Numbered from the stretch's first letter, positions 28,699-39,103 are shown. The stretch: 64,000 nt of DNA from Hyphomicrobiales bacterium (GCA_965215715.1 OZ244129.1:1364994-1428993); one strand, 5' to 3'. Numbers and translations: made by a program. The notes: generated by a model from the sequence alone, not told the origin.

Positions 28699-29577
28699 CT
28701 AACCTTGTAACATTTGGCGTGGGTCAAAATTAATAATCATATCGCGCCATAGTTGGTATTTTTTAACCGGCAAATTATATGGCTGACATTGCCAAATCGC
28801 CCTAGTGGCGCTATCTGCGGCTGCCCGAAAGAAAGGTGAAGAGCCCCTATTCATTACTTTTGGTTGGCTTTTCAAGGACCCGTCTTTGGACAATTGCAAG
28901 CGTACCTTCACGCGCAAATCTTCAGCTCCTAGCCCACCAACAGGGGGGTTCCAACATTGAGAAACCTGGCGGCGGAACGCATCAATCTCGCTAATGGACA
29001 TGGTCAGGGCGCGCCCTTGTGGATTGCCTTTGACCTTTTTAGCGCCGGGCAAATCGGGCAATTTTGTCGAGTTGCGCCCCGCATCAGGCACCTTGTTCAA
29101 AAGGGCTGCGATTTTATCTTCATCAAATTTCTTCTTCTTTTTTTTCTTTTTGACGATTTTTTTCTTCACCGGTTTTGGCTTGGGCTTGGCCTTTGGTTTT
29201 GGCTTGGGTTTCTTTTTCGCTACCTTTTTGGGCTCTGGCTTTTTTTCTTGTTTTTTGGCCGGCACCTTTTCAACTTTTGGCGCTGGTGGCTGTTCTTGGG
29301 TTTGCTCTACCTTGCGCACGGGCGCTGGTTTTTTCTTCTTCTTTTTGGGTTCTTCTTGTTTGGCAACTGGTTTTTTCTCAGTTGGTTTCACTTCTTTTTT
29401 GTCCGGGGCTTTTTTTACCCCAGCTTTCAGCTTGGTCAGTTCAGAAACATCAACAATATCAAGTGGAATGGACTTAATTTCAGGTGGCTTGAAGGCCTTG
29501 GCGTTTTGAAAAGAAATCAAAGCAAAGGCCAGCAAGGCGCTGTGAAAAAGCACTGATAATATCAATCCAATCCGCAC
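28699..29577 (-). CDS. tolA: TolA cell envelope integrity protein
   Basis: N-terminal TM with S-x3-H (LSVLFHS), Lys/Pro-rich stalk, C-terminal CWNPP...FDP domain. Confidence 0.93.
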   Translation of the reverse strand: MRIGLILSVLFHSALLAFALISFQNAKAFKPPEIKSIPLDIVDVSELTKLKAGVKKAPDKKEVKPTEKKPVAKQEEPKKKKKKPAPVRKVEQTQEQPPAPKVEKVPAKKQEKKPEPKKVAKKKPKPKPKAKPKPKPVKKKIVKKKKKKKKFDEDKIAALLNKVPDAGRNSTKLPDLPGAKKVKGNPQGRALTMSISEIDAFRRQVSQCWNPPVGGLGAEDLRVKVRLQLSKDGSLKSQPKVMNRGSSPFFRAAADSATRAIWQCQPYNLPVKKYQLWRDMIINFDPRQMLQG

Positions 29578-29634
29578 TAAGCTCTCCTAATGATTTCCCT
29601 TAACAAACCAACGCACCAATAACTTCAAAGACCA

Positions 29635-30084
29635 TCACTCACTTTTGGCGTCTGTTACAATCGCCAAGCGCTTAAAGCCTGCACTGGAAACTTTCCCCAT
29701 CACTTCAGAGATTTTGCCGTGCAAACTTTCTTGGTCACCTCGTATATAAATACGCTCATTGTAGCCATTTTTTGATATGGCCACCAATTTTGGCACCAAC
29801 TCATCAAGGCTGATTTCTTTGTCTTGAATAAAAATCTTACCTTGTTTGGTCACAGAAATGGTTAACGGCTCTTTTTCACCGCCCAGCGCTTTGGCTTCCG
29901 TCTTGGGCAATTCCATTGGGATGCCAACAGTCAGCAAGGGCGCTGTCACCATAAATACAATCAGCAACACCAACATCACATCCACAAAGGGGGTCACGTT
30001 GATGTCTGACATTGGCCGCATGGCCCCGCGCCGGGAACGCCGACGCCGCGGGATTGCCTTTCCACCACCAATTGCTGCACCCAT
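29635..30084 (-). CDS. tolR: TolR
   Basis: SDINVTPFVDVMLVLLIVFMVTAP. Confidence 0.96.
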   Translation of the reverse strand: MGAAIGGGKAIPRRRRSRRGAMRPMSDINVTPFVDVMLVLLIVFMVTAPLLTVGIPMELPKTEAKALGGEKEPLTISVTKQGKIFIQDKEISLDELVPKLVAISKNGYNERIYIRGDQESLHGKISEVMGKVSSAGFKRLAIVTDAKSE

Positions 30085-30097
30085 ATCTTTTAAGCCT

Positions 30098-30814
30098 TTA
30101 CGTTCTCATTTCAATCTGGCGCGATAAAATAGCACCGAATTCATCTGCAAACCCTTCATAACGTTGCGACAGACGCGCTATGTCAGAGGAAAACTTATTA
30201 TAAAATATCACCGCTGGGATCGCGGCCAATAGCCCCAGCGCGGTTGCAAACAGCGCCTCAGCAATACCCGGCGCCACAACCGCCAAGCTTGTGTTTTTAG
30301 AAGCCGCGATTGAGGAGAAACTATTCATGATCCCCCACACGGTGCCAAACAAACCAACGAAGGGGGCGGTTGAGCCAACCGTTGCCAGGAATAATAATTT
30401 TGATTCCAGACGTTCAATCTCGCGGTTAACGGCCACGTCCATGACCTTTTCAATCCGCATTTGAACGGTGGGCATCACCTTAGGGCCGGCCTTTAAACTT
30501 TCTTTCCATTCGCGCATGGCCGATGTAAAGACGCTTTCAATGCCTTTGGTCTCGCGTTTGGTGATCTCTTCATAGAGCTCTTCAAATGGCTCGCCAGACC
30601 AAAACTGTTTTTCGAAAAAATCAGAGCGTTTGCGTGCTTTGCCAATGGCAATCATCTTTTCAAACACTATGCCCCAAGCCCAGATCGAGGCCACAGCCAG
30701 TCCAATCATGACGATCTTAACAACAATATCAGCTTGCATAAACAGCGACAGGAACGAAAAGTCCCCTTGGTTTAAGGCGACCGCTCCTTGTGCCACAACG
30801 ATACTAAGATCCAT
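30098..30814 (-). CDS. tolQ: TolQ
   Basis: LATVGSTAPFVGLFGTVWGIMNSF, VVAPGIAEALFATA. Confidence 0.97.
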   Translation of the reverse strand: MDLSIVVAQGAVALNQGDFSFLSLFMQADIVVKIVMIGLAVASIWAWGIVFEKMIAIGKARKRSDFFEKQFWSGEPFEELYEEITKRETKGIESVFTSAMREWKESLKAGPKVMPTVQMRIEKVMDVAVNREIERLESKLLFLATVGSTAPFVGLFGTVWGIMNSFSSIAASKNTSLAVVAPGIAEALFATALGLLAAIPAVIFYNKFSSDIARLSQRYEGFADEFGAILSRQIEMRT

Positions 30815-30916
30815 AAAGTTCCTCTTTCAACTTTTAAAAGCACTGTTTAATAATGCAAGATATAAGCCTTTTATGGCAAAAAAACATAATCCCACCCCAT
30901 TAAACATGACCCCTTA

Positions 30917-30973
30917 TTTTAAGCGTTTCTTTTTTCCTAAAACCGGTGCCCACTTTTAGGCGGAACGCCCTAG
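30917..30973. repeat. BRU-RS/RIME-like repeat (module B)
   Basis: AAGCGTTTC..CCTAAAACCGGTGCCCACTTTTAGGCGGAACGCCCTAG. Confidence 0.8.
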
Positions 30974-31121
30974 ATCTTCACAGCCATCATTCTCATGTGT
31001 TTGTGACAAAACAAGGGCTTTGGCGATAAAGCGCGAAGATGGCTTTCATTGCCCCAGATAATAAATTTTATGAAATTTGATAAATTATTTGCCCTTAAGG
31101 CACAAGGTTAAAGCGCTTTTA

Positions 31122-31571
31122 TTACCCTTCAGGTAAAAACGCCCCTTTCATAGCATCAGATAAACGCACAGGGCGCCCTTGTGCGCTCATCAATACAATC
31201 ATCACCTGCGCCCTGAACAAGGGTTCACCGTCTCGTTGTATCTCTTGGCTGAGCACAACTGTGGCTGCCCCTATTTCTTTGACCTTGGTGACAACATTGA
31301 TCAGATCATCCATCAATGCTGGTTTAAGATAATCAAGCTCCATTTTGCGCACGACAAAAAAGCGTTGGTCTTGCAAGGTGTCTTGTTCAAACAATTCTTT
31401 TTGATTGAGGCCGAGATGGCGCACAAATTCTGTGCGTCCGCGCTCACACCAGCGCAAATAAGTGGCATGATAAACAAGGCCTGAAAAATCCGTATCTTCA
31501 TAATAAACCCGGATCGGCAAAATATGGGACTTCCCCTGCATCTTGCCACTAAGATCTGCCCTGTCAGTCAT
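31122..31571 (-). CDS. ybgC: Tol-Pal-associated acyl-CoA thioesterase
   Basis: RVYYEDTDFSGLVYHATYLRWCERGRTE; directly upstream of tolQ. Confidence 0.93.
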   Translation of the reverse strand: MTDRADLSGKMQGKSHILPIRVYYEDTDFSGLVYHATYLRWCERGRTEFVRHLGLNQKELFEQDTLQDQRFFVVRKMELDYLKPALMDDLINVVTKVKEIGAATVVLSQEIQRDGEPLFRAQVMIVLMSAQGRPVRLSDAMKGAFLPEG

Positions 31572-31600
31572 CCTTTATCTTTCTTTTTATCTATACACAT

Positions 31601-31658
31601 AAAAGGCCCCTTAACTTATCCGGTTCACAGGACCTGTTTACCAGATAAATTAAGGGGC
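31601..31658 (-). terminator. Long hairpin terminator after the hypothetical gene
   Basis: GCCCCTTAACTTATCCGGT...ACCAGATAAATTAAGGGGC; C-A mismatches become G-U on the minus strand, followed by CUUUU. Confidence 0.7.
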
Positions 31659-31691
31659 ACGGTTAATACCATTTTTTATTAGAGGCAAAGC

Positions 31692-32594
31692 TTAGGCATG
31701 GTACCGTGTGGTTTCAGCTGCGGTGGCAGAATGGACATAAGGCACAGCGCCGCCATGGCCTTCGGCCAGCACACCCAGCGCCAGGGCCCGTGTTTCTATA
31801 TCATCAGCTTGCAGGCCTGAAGCTTGCCCCTCAACGGCCTCTTTAACTTTTTCAGCCAAAGCTTCCCACATGCCGTGTTTGATGCAAAAGGCATAGGCCA
31901 GCTCGCCAGCATTTTCACCTGTTTGGCTAAACATAGACGCAATGGCCAGCAATTCTCGGTCTATCCGTAGGTTAAAGGCGCTTGCACCTGCAACCGCATA
32001 TTCAAAAATACGCAATGCTTTGGCTAACCCTGCGTCACCGGCTTGTCCCTTAATATGAGCCATGGCTTGATTTACATTTTCTGAGCGCGGCAAGACAAAT
32101 TCATCCCGGTTAAGGAAAGCTGCTGGCTCTGGCGGTGTTGGCACATCACCTGTAACCATTGTTGTGGCTTGGGCTACAACACCTGTTGCTCCTGCTACGA
32201 CACCGGCTGTGGCCCCTTCTAAGGCACTGGCAGCCGCTTTTGCCATGTCGGCACTGGCTTCACTGGTTTGCTGAACAGCCTCACCAGCGGCGCTCACAAC
32301 CGCCTCGACAGCATCAGTGGCCTGATCAACCATTTGCGCGCCTGTTTCAACAGATGTGGTAACCATTTCCTTGGTTGTCTCAAGGGCTTGGTTTCCTAGC
32401 TCATTGGTTGCATCCATCACGCTCTCACCAGCCTTTAAGGCTGCTTCGCCTGATTTTTCCATCATGTCTGCGGTTGCCTTGGCGCTGTCATCAACCATTT
32501 TGGCGCCAGCCTGGGCCATATCCTTGGTTGTATCGACTGCCTGATCAACGGCTTTTTGTCCACTTCCAAATAGTTTTTTGATAAATCCCAACAT
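31692..32594 (-). CDS. Hypothetical protein: amphipathic Ala-rich repeat region plus degenerate HD-like C-terminal domain
   Basis: Starts MLGFIKKLFGSG; about 140 aa of A/D/K/T-rich pseudo-repeats; C-terminus resembles cyanamide-hydratase-type HD domains without the H/HD ligands. Confidence 0.6.
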   Translation of the reverse strand: MLGFIKKLFGSGQKAVDQAVDTTKDMAQAGAKMVDDSAKATADMMEKSGEAALKAGESVMDATNELGNQALETTKEMVTTSVETGAQMVDQATDAVEAVVSAAGEAVQQTSEASADMAKAAASALEGATAGVVAGATGVVAQATTMVTGDVPTPPEPAAFLNRDEFVLPRSENVNQAMAHIKGQAGDAGLAKALRIFEYAVAGASAFNLRIDRELLAIASMFSQTGENAGELAYAFCIKHGMWEALAEKVKEAVEGQASGLQADDIETRALALGVLAEGHGGAVPYVHSATAAETTRYHA

Positions 32595-32749
32595 ACGATA
32601 AGGTCCTCCGCCAGCACAAAATTATCTATCAATCACACCATTGCTTATCTCAACTCACAGCTAACATAGCCGCAAAACCATAACAGAGAAATGAAACTTT
32701 AGGCGTCAAACAAGGCTTTTCTGTTGCCCCTCAAAAACAATCTAGCACC

Positions 32750-33853
32750 CTATTCAGGCTCAAACAAATTTGATTGATCTTGGTCAGTAGGCGTATCTTG
32801 AGAGCGCACGCGTTGCACGCCCATATGCTGAAATGCCCTGGCTGTGGCTGTGCGCCCGCGCGGGGTTCTGGCGATTAAGCCTTGTTGCATCAAATAAGGC
32901 TCCACAATCTCTTCCAAGGCATCGCGCGGCTCAGAGAGGGCAGCAGCTATGGTCTCAATGCCAACTGGCCCGCCTTCATAATTATGGATGATGCACGACA
33001 GATACCGATGATCGAGTTGATCAAGACCTAACTTGTCGACCTCTAATTGCGACAAGGCTTTGTCTGCTATGTCTTTTGTGATTTCACCGCCGCCATAAAC
33101 CAAGGCAAAATCGCGCACCCGGCGCAACAAGCGCCCGGCGATACGCGGTGTGCCGCGGGCCCGTTTGGCAATCTCTTGGGCGCCATCTGGGGTGATTGTC
33201 ATGCCCATCACTTTGGCGCCGCGCGTGACGATCATCACCAACTCTGGGGTTTCATAAAAGTTAAGCCGCACAGGAATGCCGAACCGATCACGCAAAGGAG
33301 TGGTCAACAGGCCTGCCCGTGTGGTGGCGCCAACCAATGTGAATTTGGCCAATTCTATGCGCACAGATCGCGCCGCTGGCCCCTCACCAATGATCAGATC
33401 CAATTGGAAATCTTCCATGGCGGGGTAGAGCACTTCTTCCACCGCCGGGTTCAGCCGATGGATTTCATCAATGAACAGCACATCGCGCTCTTCCAAATTG
33501 GTCAAGAGGGCTGCTAAATCGCCTGCCTTGGCAATCACCGGCCCTGATGTTGCCCGGAAATTAACCCCTAATTCACGCGCCACAATTTGCGCCAAGGTTG
33601 TTTTGCCCAATCCTGGCGGGCCTGCAAACAATACATGGTCAAGCGCCTCAGCTCTTTGGCGCGCGGCTTGAATAAATACCCGTAAATTTTGCCGTGCCTG
33701 TTCTTGACCAACAAAGTCTTCCAACACCTGAGGGCGTATAGAGGCTTCTTCTTTGTCTGTTAAACGCGTTCCAGGCTCAACAAGCCTATCCTGATCGGGG
33801 CGTTCATTATCTGAAGGGTCTGAGGTCACTTTATCTGAAGGGTCTGAAGTCAC
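32750..33853 (-). CDS. ruvB: Holliday junction branch migration helicase RuvB
   Basis: [41 protein letters not shown]. Confidence 0.99.
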   Translation of the reverse strand: MTSDPSDKVTSDPSDNERPDQDRLVEPGTRLTDKEEASIRPQVLEDFVGQEQARQNLRVFIQAARQRAEALDHVLFAGPPGLGKTTLAQIVARELGVNFRATSGPVIAKAGDLAALLTNLEERDVLFIDEIHRLNPAVEEVLYPAMEDFQLDLIIGEGPAARSVRIELAKFTLVGATTRAGLLTTPLRDRFGIPVRLNFYETPELVMIVTRGAKVMGMTITPDGAQEIAKRARGTPRIAGRLLRRVRDFALVYGGGEITKDIADKALSQLEVDKLGLDQLDHRYLSCIIHNYEGGPVGIETIAAALSEPRDALEEIVEPYLMQQGLIARTPRGRTATARAFQHMGVQRVRSQDTPTDQDQSNLFEPE

Positions 33854-33854
33854 T
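33807..33854. repeat. 24-bp tandem duplication at the ruvA/ruvB junction
   Basis: TTATCTGAAGGGTCTGA(G/A)GTCACT x2, one mismatch. Confidence 0.9.
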
Positions 33855-34485
33855 GGGCCAGCTCCTTCAATCCTAGACGAATAAGTTCTTCAATCTCAGC
33901 CTCTTCACCGACCTCTTGAAAGGCACGGGCCACGGCCATGCTAGCATCTGTTGGTTGATAGCCCAAATTGGTCAAGGCGGACACTGCGTCAGCCGCTTTT
34001 GAGGAGCCATTGCCCCCACTTGCGCTGATAACCGCCCCATCACCGCGCGCTTCTTTCAGCGCCTTGCCATCAAGCACGGCAGGGGTTGGCACTTTGTCTT
34101 TTAATTCAGAGACTATTCGCCCTGCCACTTTGGGTCCCACACCAGGCGCGCGCGATACAATCGCTTTGTCTTGCAAGGTAATGGCGTTGGAAAGATCACT
34201 CACTGTTAAGGTTCCTAAAATCGCTAACGCCACTTTGGCCCCGACCCCTTGCACACTTTGCAGTTTTGAAAACCAAACCCGCTCAAACTCATCTGCAAAA
34301 CCAAACAGTTTAATCTCGGTTTCGCGCACATGGGTCTCTATTGCCAACACAACTGGCTCGCCTTGTGCTGGTAAATTACTCAAAGTGCGAGCAGAGCAAT
34401 AGACCTCATAGCATACGCCATTGACATCGATCAGCACCCACTCTTCACTAATGGCCTCAATAACACCTTTTAACCTGCCAATCAT
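33850..34485 (-). CDS. ruvA: Holliday junction DNA-binding protein RuvA
   Basis: [45 protein letters not shown] at 34485. Confidence 0.98.
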   Translation of the reverse strand: MIGRLKGVIEAISEEWVLIDVNGVCYEVYCSARTLSNLPAQGEPVVLAIETHVRETEIKLFGFADEFERVWFSKLQSVQGVGAKVALAILGTLTVSDLSNAITLQDKAIVSRAPGVGPKVAGRIVSELKDKVPTPAVLDGKALKEARGDGAVISASGGNGSSKAADAVSALTNLGYQPTDASMAVARAFQEVGEEAEIEELIRLGLKELAQ

Positions 34486-34490
34486 GTCCC

Positions 34491-35018
34491 TTATCCCTTT
34501 AAGGCCGAAAGCACGCGTGCGGCTTGCCGATTGTGCGCATGACAAATGGCAATAGCAAGGGCGTCAGCGGCATCATCGGTATCTGGCTTGGCTTGGGGCA
34601 ATAGAATTTTTAACATTGCTCGAATTTGCGCCTTATCAGCGTGGCCAGCGCCAGTGACAGATTTTTTCACCATATTGGGCGCATATTCAGCAACAGAGCA
34701 CCCAAACAAAGAGGGTACCAGCAGTGCCACACCTCGCGCTTGGCCCAGTTTTAATGTTGCTTTGGCATCTTTATTGACAAAGGTCTGCTCAACAGCTGCC
34801 TCATGAGGGGTGTGCTGGCTCATCACTCCGTGGAGCCCATGGTAAAGCATTGCCAACCGATCACTGAGCTGGTCGCTGGCATCTGAAGTGATTGTGCCCC
34901 CTGCCACATAAGACAAGCGCACCCCATCAGTGCTAATAACGCCCCAGCCCATGCGCCGCAGGCCTGGGTCAACACCCAAAATATGTACGGTTTTGTTGGC
35001 CCCTAATTGGCTCATCAT
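34491..35018 (-). CDS. ruvC: Crossover junction endodeoxyribonuclease RuvC
   Basis: [33 protein letters not shown]. Confidence 0.98.
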   Translation of the reverse strand: MMSQLGANKTVHILGVDPGLRRMGWGVISTDGVRLSYVAGGTITSDASDQLSDRLAMLYHGLHGVMSQHTPHEAAVEQTFVNKDAKATLKLGQARGVALLVPSLFGCSVAEYAPNMVKKSVTGAGHADKAQIRAMLKILLPQAKPDTDDAADALAIAICHAHNRQAARVLSALKG

Positions 35019-35036
35019 GCGCCTTCTCGTTCACAT

Positions 35037-35145
35037 TTTTTAGCGTTCCTTTTGCCCAAAACCGGTATCCACTTTTGGTAGGAACGCTCTTTTTAGCGTT
35101 CCTTTTGCCCAAAACCGGTGTCCACTTTTAAGCGGAACGCTCTAG
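35037..35145. repeat. Two tandem 53-bp units of the BRU-RS/RIME-like module B
   Basis: TTTTAGCGTTCCTTTTGCCCAAAACCGGT-N-TCCACTTTT...GGAACGCTCT twice, period 53 bp, ending CTAG. Confidence 0.88.
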
Positions 35146-35211
35146 CTCCCTTACCATCAAGGGCATTTTCACCCAACGCAAACAAACCTTCGTCTTTAAA
35201 AAATTTAAGAC

Positions 35212-35955
35212 TTAACCCAATTTTTCTAACAGCGCATCAGACACTTCAAAATTGGCATAAACATTTTGCACATCATCTTGATCTTCAAGCGCTTCAAGCA
35301 TTTTTAAAAACTTTTCACCCTTTTCATCATCAAGTTCTATGGAGGTTTGGGGTTTCCAGATCAAACGGGCCGAATTGGGTTCGCCAAACTTTTCTTCTAA
35401 CGCGCGGGCCACTTCATGCAGGCTGTCACTCTCTACATATAGCGCGTGCTCATCATCATCTGTTTCAACTTCGTCAGCACCGGCTTCAATGGCGGCTTCC
35501 AGCATATCATCTTCACTGGCAACGGAAGCTGGATAAACAATGGCACCCACATGGTCAAAACCAAATGAGACCGCGCCTGTTTCTCCAAGGTTGCCGCCAT
35601 TTTTGGAAAATATGGAGCGCACTTCACCGGCTGTTCTATTGCGGTTATCGGTTAAGGCTTCAACAATCACGCCAACACCGGCAACGCCAAAGCCTTCATA
35701 GCGGACTTCTTCATAATTTTCCCCGCCGGCGTCCAACGATTTCTTAATTGCGCGCTCAATATTATCTTTGGGCATGTTTTGGGCTTTTGCTGCCTGAATG
35801 GCTGTGCGTAGCCGCGGGTTCATATCTGGATCGGGCGTGCCCATTTTGGCCGCCACTGTGATCTCCTTGGCCAATTTGGAAAAAATCTTGGACCGTTTTT
35901 TATCTTGCGCCCCTTTGCGGTGCATAATGTTTTTAAATTTGGAATGGCCCGCCAT
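35212..35955 (-). CDS. yebC: YebC/PmpR family protein
   Basis: [45 protein letters not shown]. Confidence 0.97.
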   Translation of the reverse strand: MAGHSKFKNIMHRKGAQDKKRSKIFSKLAKEITVAAKMGTPDPDMNPRLRTAIQAAKAQNMPKDNIERAIKKSLDAGGENYEEVRYEGFGVAGVGVIVEALTDNRNRTAGEVRSIFSKNGGNLGETGAVSFGFDHVGAIVYPASVASEDDMLEAAIEAGADEVETDDDEHALYVESDSLHEVARALEEKFGEPNSARLIWKPQTSIELDDEKGEKFLKMLEALEDQDDVQNVYANFEVSDALLEKLG

Positions 35956-36130
35956 TCTTTCACCCTCTTCAAGCTATACGTTACTTTATGCCTGGCAAGA
36001 ACAAACTTGCAATTGTTCTGTCCTGCAACTCTTCATTGATTAAATCTCTTTGCAAGCTTTATAAGCGACCCCTTCGCCAAAATCTAGAGCCAACTTAAAG
36101 CAACCCATTTGATGCCTGGAAACCAACGTG

Positions 36131-36146
36131 TTAACCATTTGTTAAC
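36131..36146. promoter_or_regulatory. CtrA-type box
   Basis: (G)TTAA-ccatttg-TTAAC; full consensus on both strands. Confidence 0.65.
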
Positions 36147-36541
36147 CTTGTGAGCGGCATCATTACCCCATGGTTTAGCTGATTCTTCTCACTGATGAAC
36201 TGATCATTCATTGCCATTTCAGCCAAACCATTAAGATTATGAGCAAAACAAGCCTTTGCTTTACGATCAAATCGATTGAACAAAGATTCAATCCAAATTG
36301 ATTGTTAAAATAAATGGCTAATTTGTGAAAGATCTAACCTGTTGAGCATATATCAATATGGAGCAATTCCAATATGTTCAACGTATCACAGCGCTGAAAG
36401 GAATCGCATTCTAGCCTGAGTGCAAATGATTGCCTTTTACATGTGATCAACACATGTATCGAAGTTATGATACATGATGCCTGTCGCGTTTCATTAAAGA
36501 TGAACGACCCCAGAATTTTTCATCTTGAATGAATGACCTTC

Positions 36542-37369
36542 TTAAAAACTGACCCAAAATAGCGGCTCGGACCGACTCAAATGTCCTCCGAGCCGCAATT
36601 CTTTTGCCTCTAGGGCCAAGCCGGTTTTATCATCAATCTCCACACAAAAACCTGACAAAGTTGCCTCCCCCATTTTGGGTTGAAAGCGCCCGCGCGGCAC
36701 ACGAGAGACAAAGCGCTCAATCGGCTCTTCTTTTTCCATACCTATCACGCTGTCATAGCACCCACACATGCCAGCATCGGTGAGAAAAGCTGTGCCCCCG
36801 CTTAGTACCCGGCCATCAGAGGTTGGCACGTGAGTGTGGCTGCCAACCACCATAGAGGCGCGCCCATCGACAAAGTGGCCCATGGCCTGTTTTTCCGATG
36901 TTGCCTCAGCATGGAAGTCAATCAAGATCGCGTCGACCATTTCTGCCAATGGGCTGGCGGCAATTTCTTTTTCAATGGCGGCAAAGGGGCAATCCATTTC
37001 AGGCATGAACACACGGCCAAGTACGTGCAGCACCAACACATCCTGGCCGGCTTTGGTTTTAAACACACCGGCCCCGCGCCCTGGCACGCCTTTGGGAAAG
37101 TTAATCGGGCGTAACAATTGTGGGTGGCGCTCAATAAAGACCAGCGCATCGCGCTTGTCCCAAATATGATCTCCGCCTGTGACCACATCAGCGCCTGCAT
37201 CTAACAATTCAAGCAAAATATCTTCTGTGATGCCAAAACCGCCGGCTACATTGTCACCATTGACCACAACCAAATCTAAATCATAAAGCTCACGCAATTT
37301 TGGCAATTGATCAACCACGGCTTGGCGCCCAGCGCGCCCCACAACATCCCCCAAAAACAACACACGCAT
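36542..37369 (-). CDS. ymdB: TIGR00282/YmdB family metallophosphoesterase
   Basis: FLGDVVG, GGFGIT, DFHAEATSEK, GSHTHVPT, TDAGMCG. Confidence 0.93.
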   Translation of the reverse strand: MRVLFLGDVVGRAGRQAVVDQLPKLRELYDLDLVVVNGDNVAGGFGITEDILLELLDAGADVVTGGDHIWDKRDALVFIERHPQLLRPINFPKGVPGRGAGVFKTKAGQDVLVLHVLGRVFMPEMDCPFAAIEKEIAASPLAEMVDAILIDFHAEATSEKQAMGHFVDGRASMVVGSHTHVPTSDGRVLSGGTAFLTDAGMCGCYDSVIGMEKEEPIERFVSRVPRGRFQPKMGEATLSGFCVEIDDKTGLALEAKELRLGGHLSRSEPLFWVSF

Positions 37370-37423
37370 AAAGCTGTCTCTTTTCTAATTTTTTAGCTCA
37401 ATAATTTTTTGATAAATCCCAGC

Positions 37424-38032
37424 TTAATCCTGAGCGATATAATTGGCTTGTCGTTCTTCGTTCCAGATTTTGCACAAAGAAGGCGTTATTACCCCATCAA
37501 GCAATTGATCATGCGGCTCATTTGGCAAATCATCAACGATTTGTTCATCAAAAGCCACACCATAGGCACGCGCCCCATTGCTTTTTAAAAGCGCCAAAGT
37601 GCGGTCATAAAAGCCGCCCCCTTGGCCAAGACGCACACCCTTAAGGTCAAGCCCTAATAGCGGTACCAAAACCAAATCAGGTTCCACAATTTGTGCACTG
37701 CTCATAGGCTGTAGTGTTCCCAACAAACCACTAATCAGCATATCGCCAGGTGACCATGTGCGAAATTGTAAGGCTTGGTTTTTATTCACGACTTCAGGCA
37801 AACATAATTTGGCACCATTAGGGACGAATCTGCTCATAAGAGGGCGGGGGTCAATTTCAGAACCAATGGGAATGTAGCCGGCAACAATGGAAACGTCGGG
37901 CAATGATACTAAAGTTTCGCCCTTTTGCGCCAATAAATCAGCCGCAAGCGCCCCATTATCCTGATCAACTTGAAAAGCCTGAGCCCGCTTGCGCCGTAAT
38001 TTTTGTCTTATATTTTGCTTTTCAACACTCAA
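37424..38032 (-). CDS. ygfA: 5-formyltetrahydrofolate cyclo-ligase
   Basis: KQNIR, SEIDP, DLVLVPLLG, RLGQGGGFYDRTL, PHDQLLDGVITP. Likely TTG start at 38032 with AGGA RBS (ORF track start 38089). Confidence 0.93.
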   Translation of the reverse strand: MSVEKQNIRQKLRRKRAQAFQVDQDNGALAADLLAQKGETLVSLPDVSIVAGYIPIGSEIDPRPLMSRFVPNGAKLCLPEVVNKNQALQFRTWSPGDMLISGLLGTLQPMSSAQIVEPDLVLVPLLGLDLKGVRLGQGGGFYDRTLALLKSNGARAYGVAFDEQIVDDLPNEPHDQLLDGVITPSLCKIWNEERQANYIAQD

Positions 38033-38154
38033 GTCACATTCCTGCTTATATTGAATGGGCCTGCTTACAATGATCTGGCCGATATACAATGAATGGGCTT
38101 ACATATAGCAAACCGGCAAACTTGGTCTTTTAAAAAGATACTATTCATTAAAAT

Positions 38155-38312
38155 GCAGAGCCACAAATGCCGTCGGTAAGAGCTTATCCCTGGATCCCTA
38201 CATGTGTAGGTGGGCACCGAGTAATTAAGACCACGGTCTCAATCAGGGTCAGTTCCCGAGAAAAACTTATAGGCCCCGGGAAAAAGAAACCTAACAAACA
38301 TTGCAGCCCTGC
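38155..38312 (-). ncRNA. ssrS: 6S RNA
   Basis: Upstream of ygfA. Terminal stem GCAGGGCUGCA/UGUGGCUCUGC, central CCCGGGGCCUAUAAG and GGGAACUGACCCUG..GACCGUGGUC..GGUGCCCACCU segments typical of alphaproteobacterial 6S; about 158 nt. Confidence 0.88.
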
Positions 38313-38438
38313 AGTGAAAACTTAAATCAAATAAGGTGTGTCAGCAAATTTTCTAGAGATAGAATGAACAATCTTTTAAGAATGCAAACTAACAACGAAC
38401 GCTGCACCTTAAAGTTTAAGGCTTAGCATCTGTTAATA

Positions 38439-38702
38439 TTATTGTTCATTGAGTGCGCTCAAGATCATATCTTCCATGCCATCAAGTCTGGACAATAATG
38501 ATTCCTGGCTCGTTTCTAATTGTTCCACGCGGGTTTGAGATCTTGCTAATTCTTGGCGCAATTGATCACGTTCTTTTGTTAAACCAGCAATCTCTTCTCG
38601 TAATGAGCGCACGGCATCCCCCATAAGGTTGCCTCCCTCTTTTGTGGTACCAGATGCCTCCTCTTCTTGTAGAGAAGTTTTAATAACATCCTCATTACTC
38701 AT
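38439..38702 (-). CDS. DUF4164/ZauP-like coiled-coil cell-division protein
   Basis: Short coiled coil ending QELARSQTRVEQLETSQESLLSRLDGMEDMILSAL; located between 6S and gap. ATG at 38702 with GGAG RBS. Confidence 0.65.
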   Translation of the reverse strand: MSNEDVIKTSLQEEEASGTTKEGGNLMGDAVRSLREEIAGLTKERDQLRQELARSQTRVEQLETSQESLLSRLDGMEDMILSALNEQ

Positions 38703-39103
38703 TAATATCTCCAATAAAATATAACCCTAGCCACATGCCTTTACAAATGGCATGATTAATGCGGTCTTTTGTTCAATACCATTTAAATACAGCCAGCACC
38801 AATTATATACTGACAAAAAAAAATTTGAAGCAAACAAAAGATGTATTTATAATGCACCTAATCTGCTTGTTGAAAAATATAACCTGTCTTAATAATAACC
38901 TATTTAATCATCCTTAAGAATATAAGCACTTTAAATAAGTTTTGCTAATGGCCCCATAATAAAATCATTTATCTATAAATAACAAGTCCTTCTTTACAAG
39001 AAATGCCATTCTCTCTCTTTTATCTATGCTCATGTCACCTATGAGTAGAAAAAGACAATAAGCACAACCATTGTGCAATAAAATACGGAAGCAATCATTT
39101 GTT

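Noticed and set aside
28957-29556. Phe/Leu-rich apparent membrane-protein ORFs
   Set aside because: Reverse complement of the Lys/Pro-rich TolA stalk.
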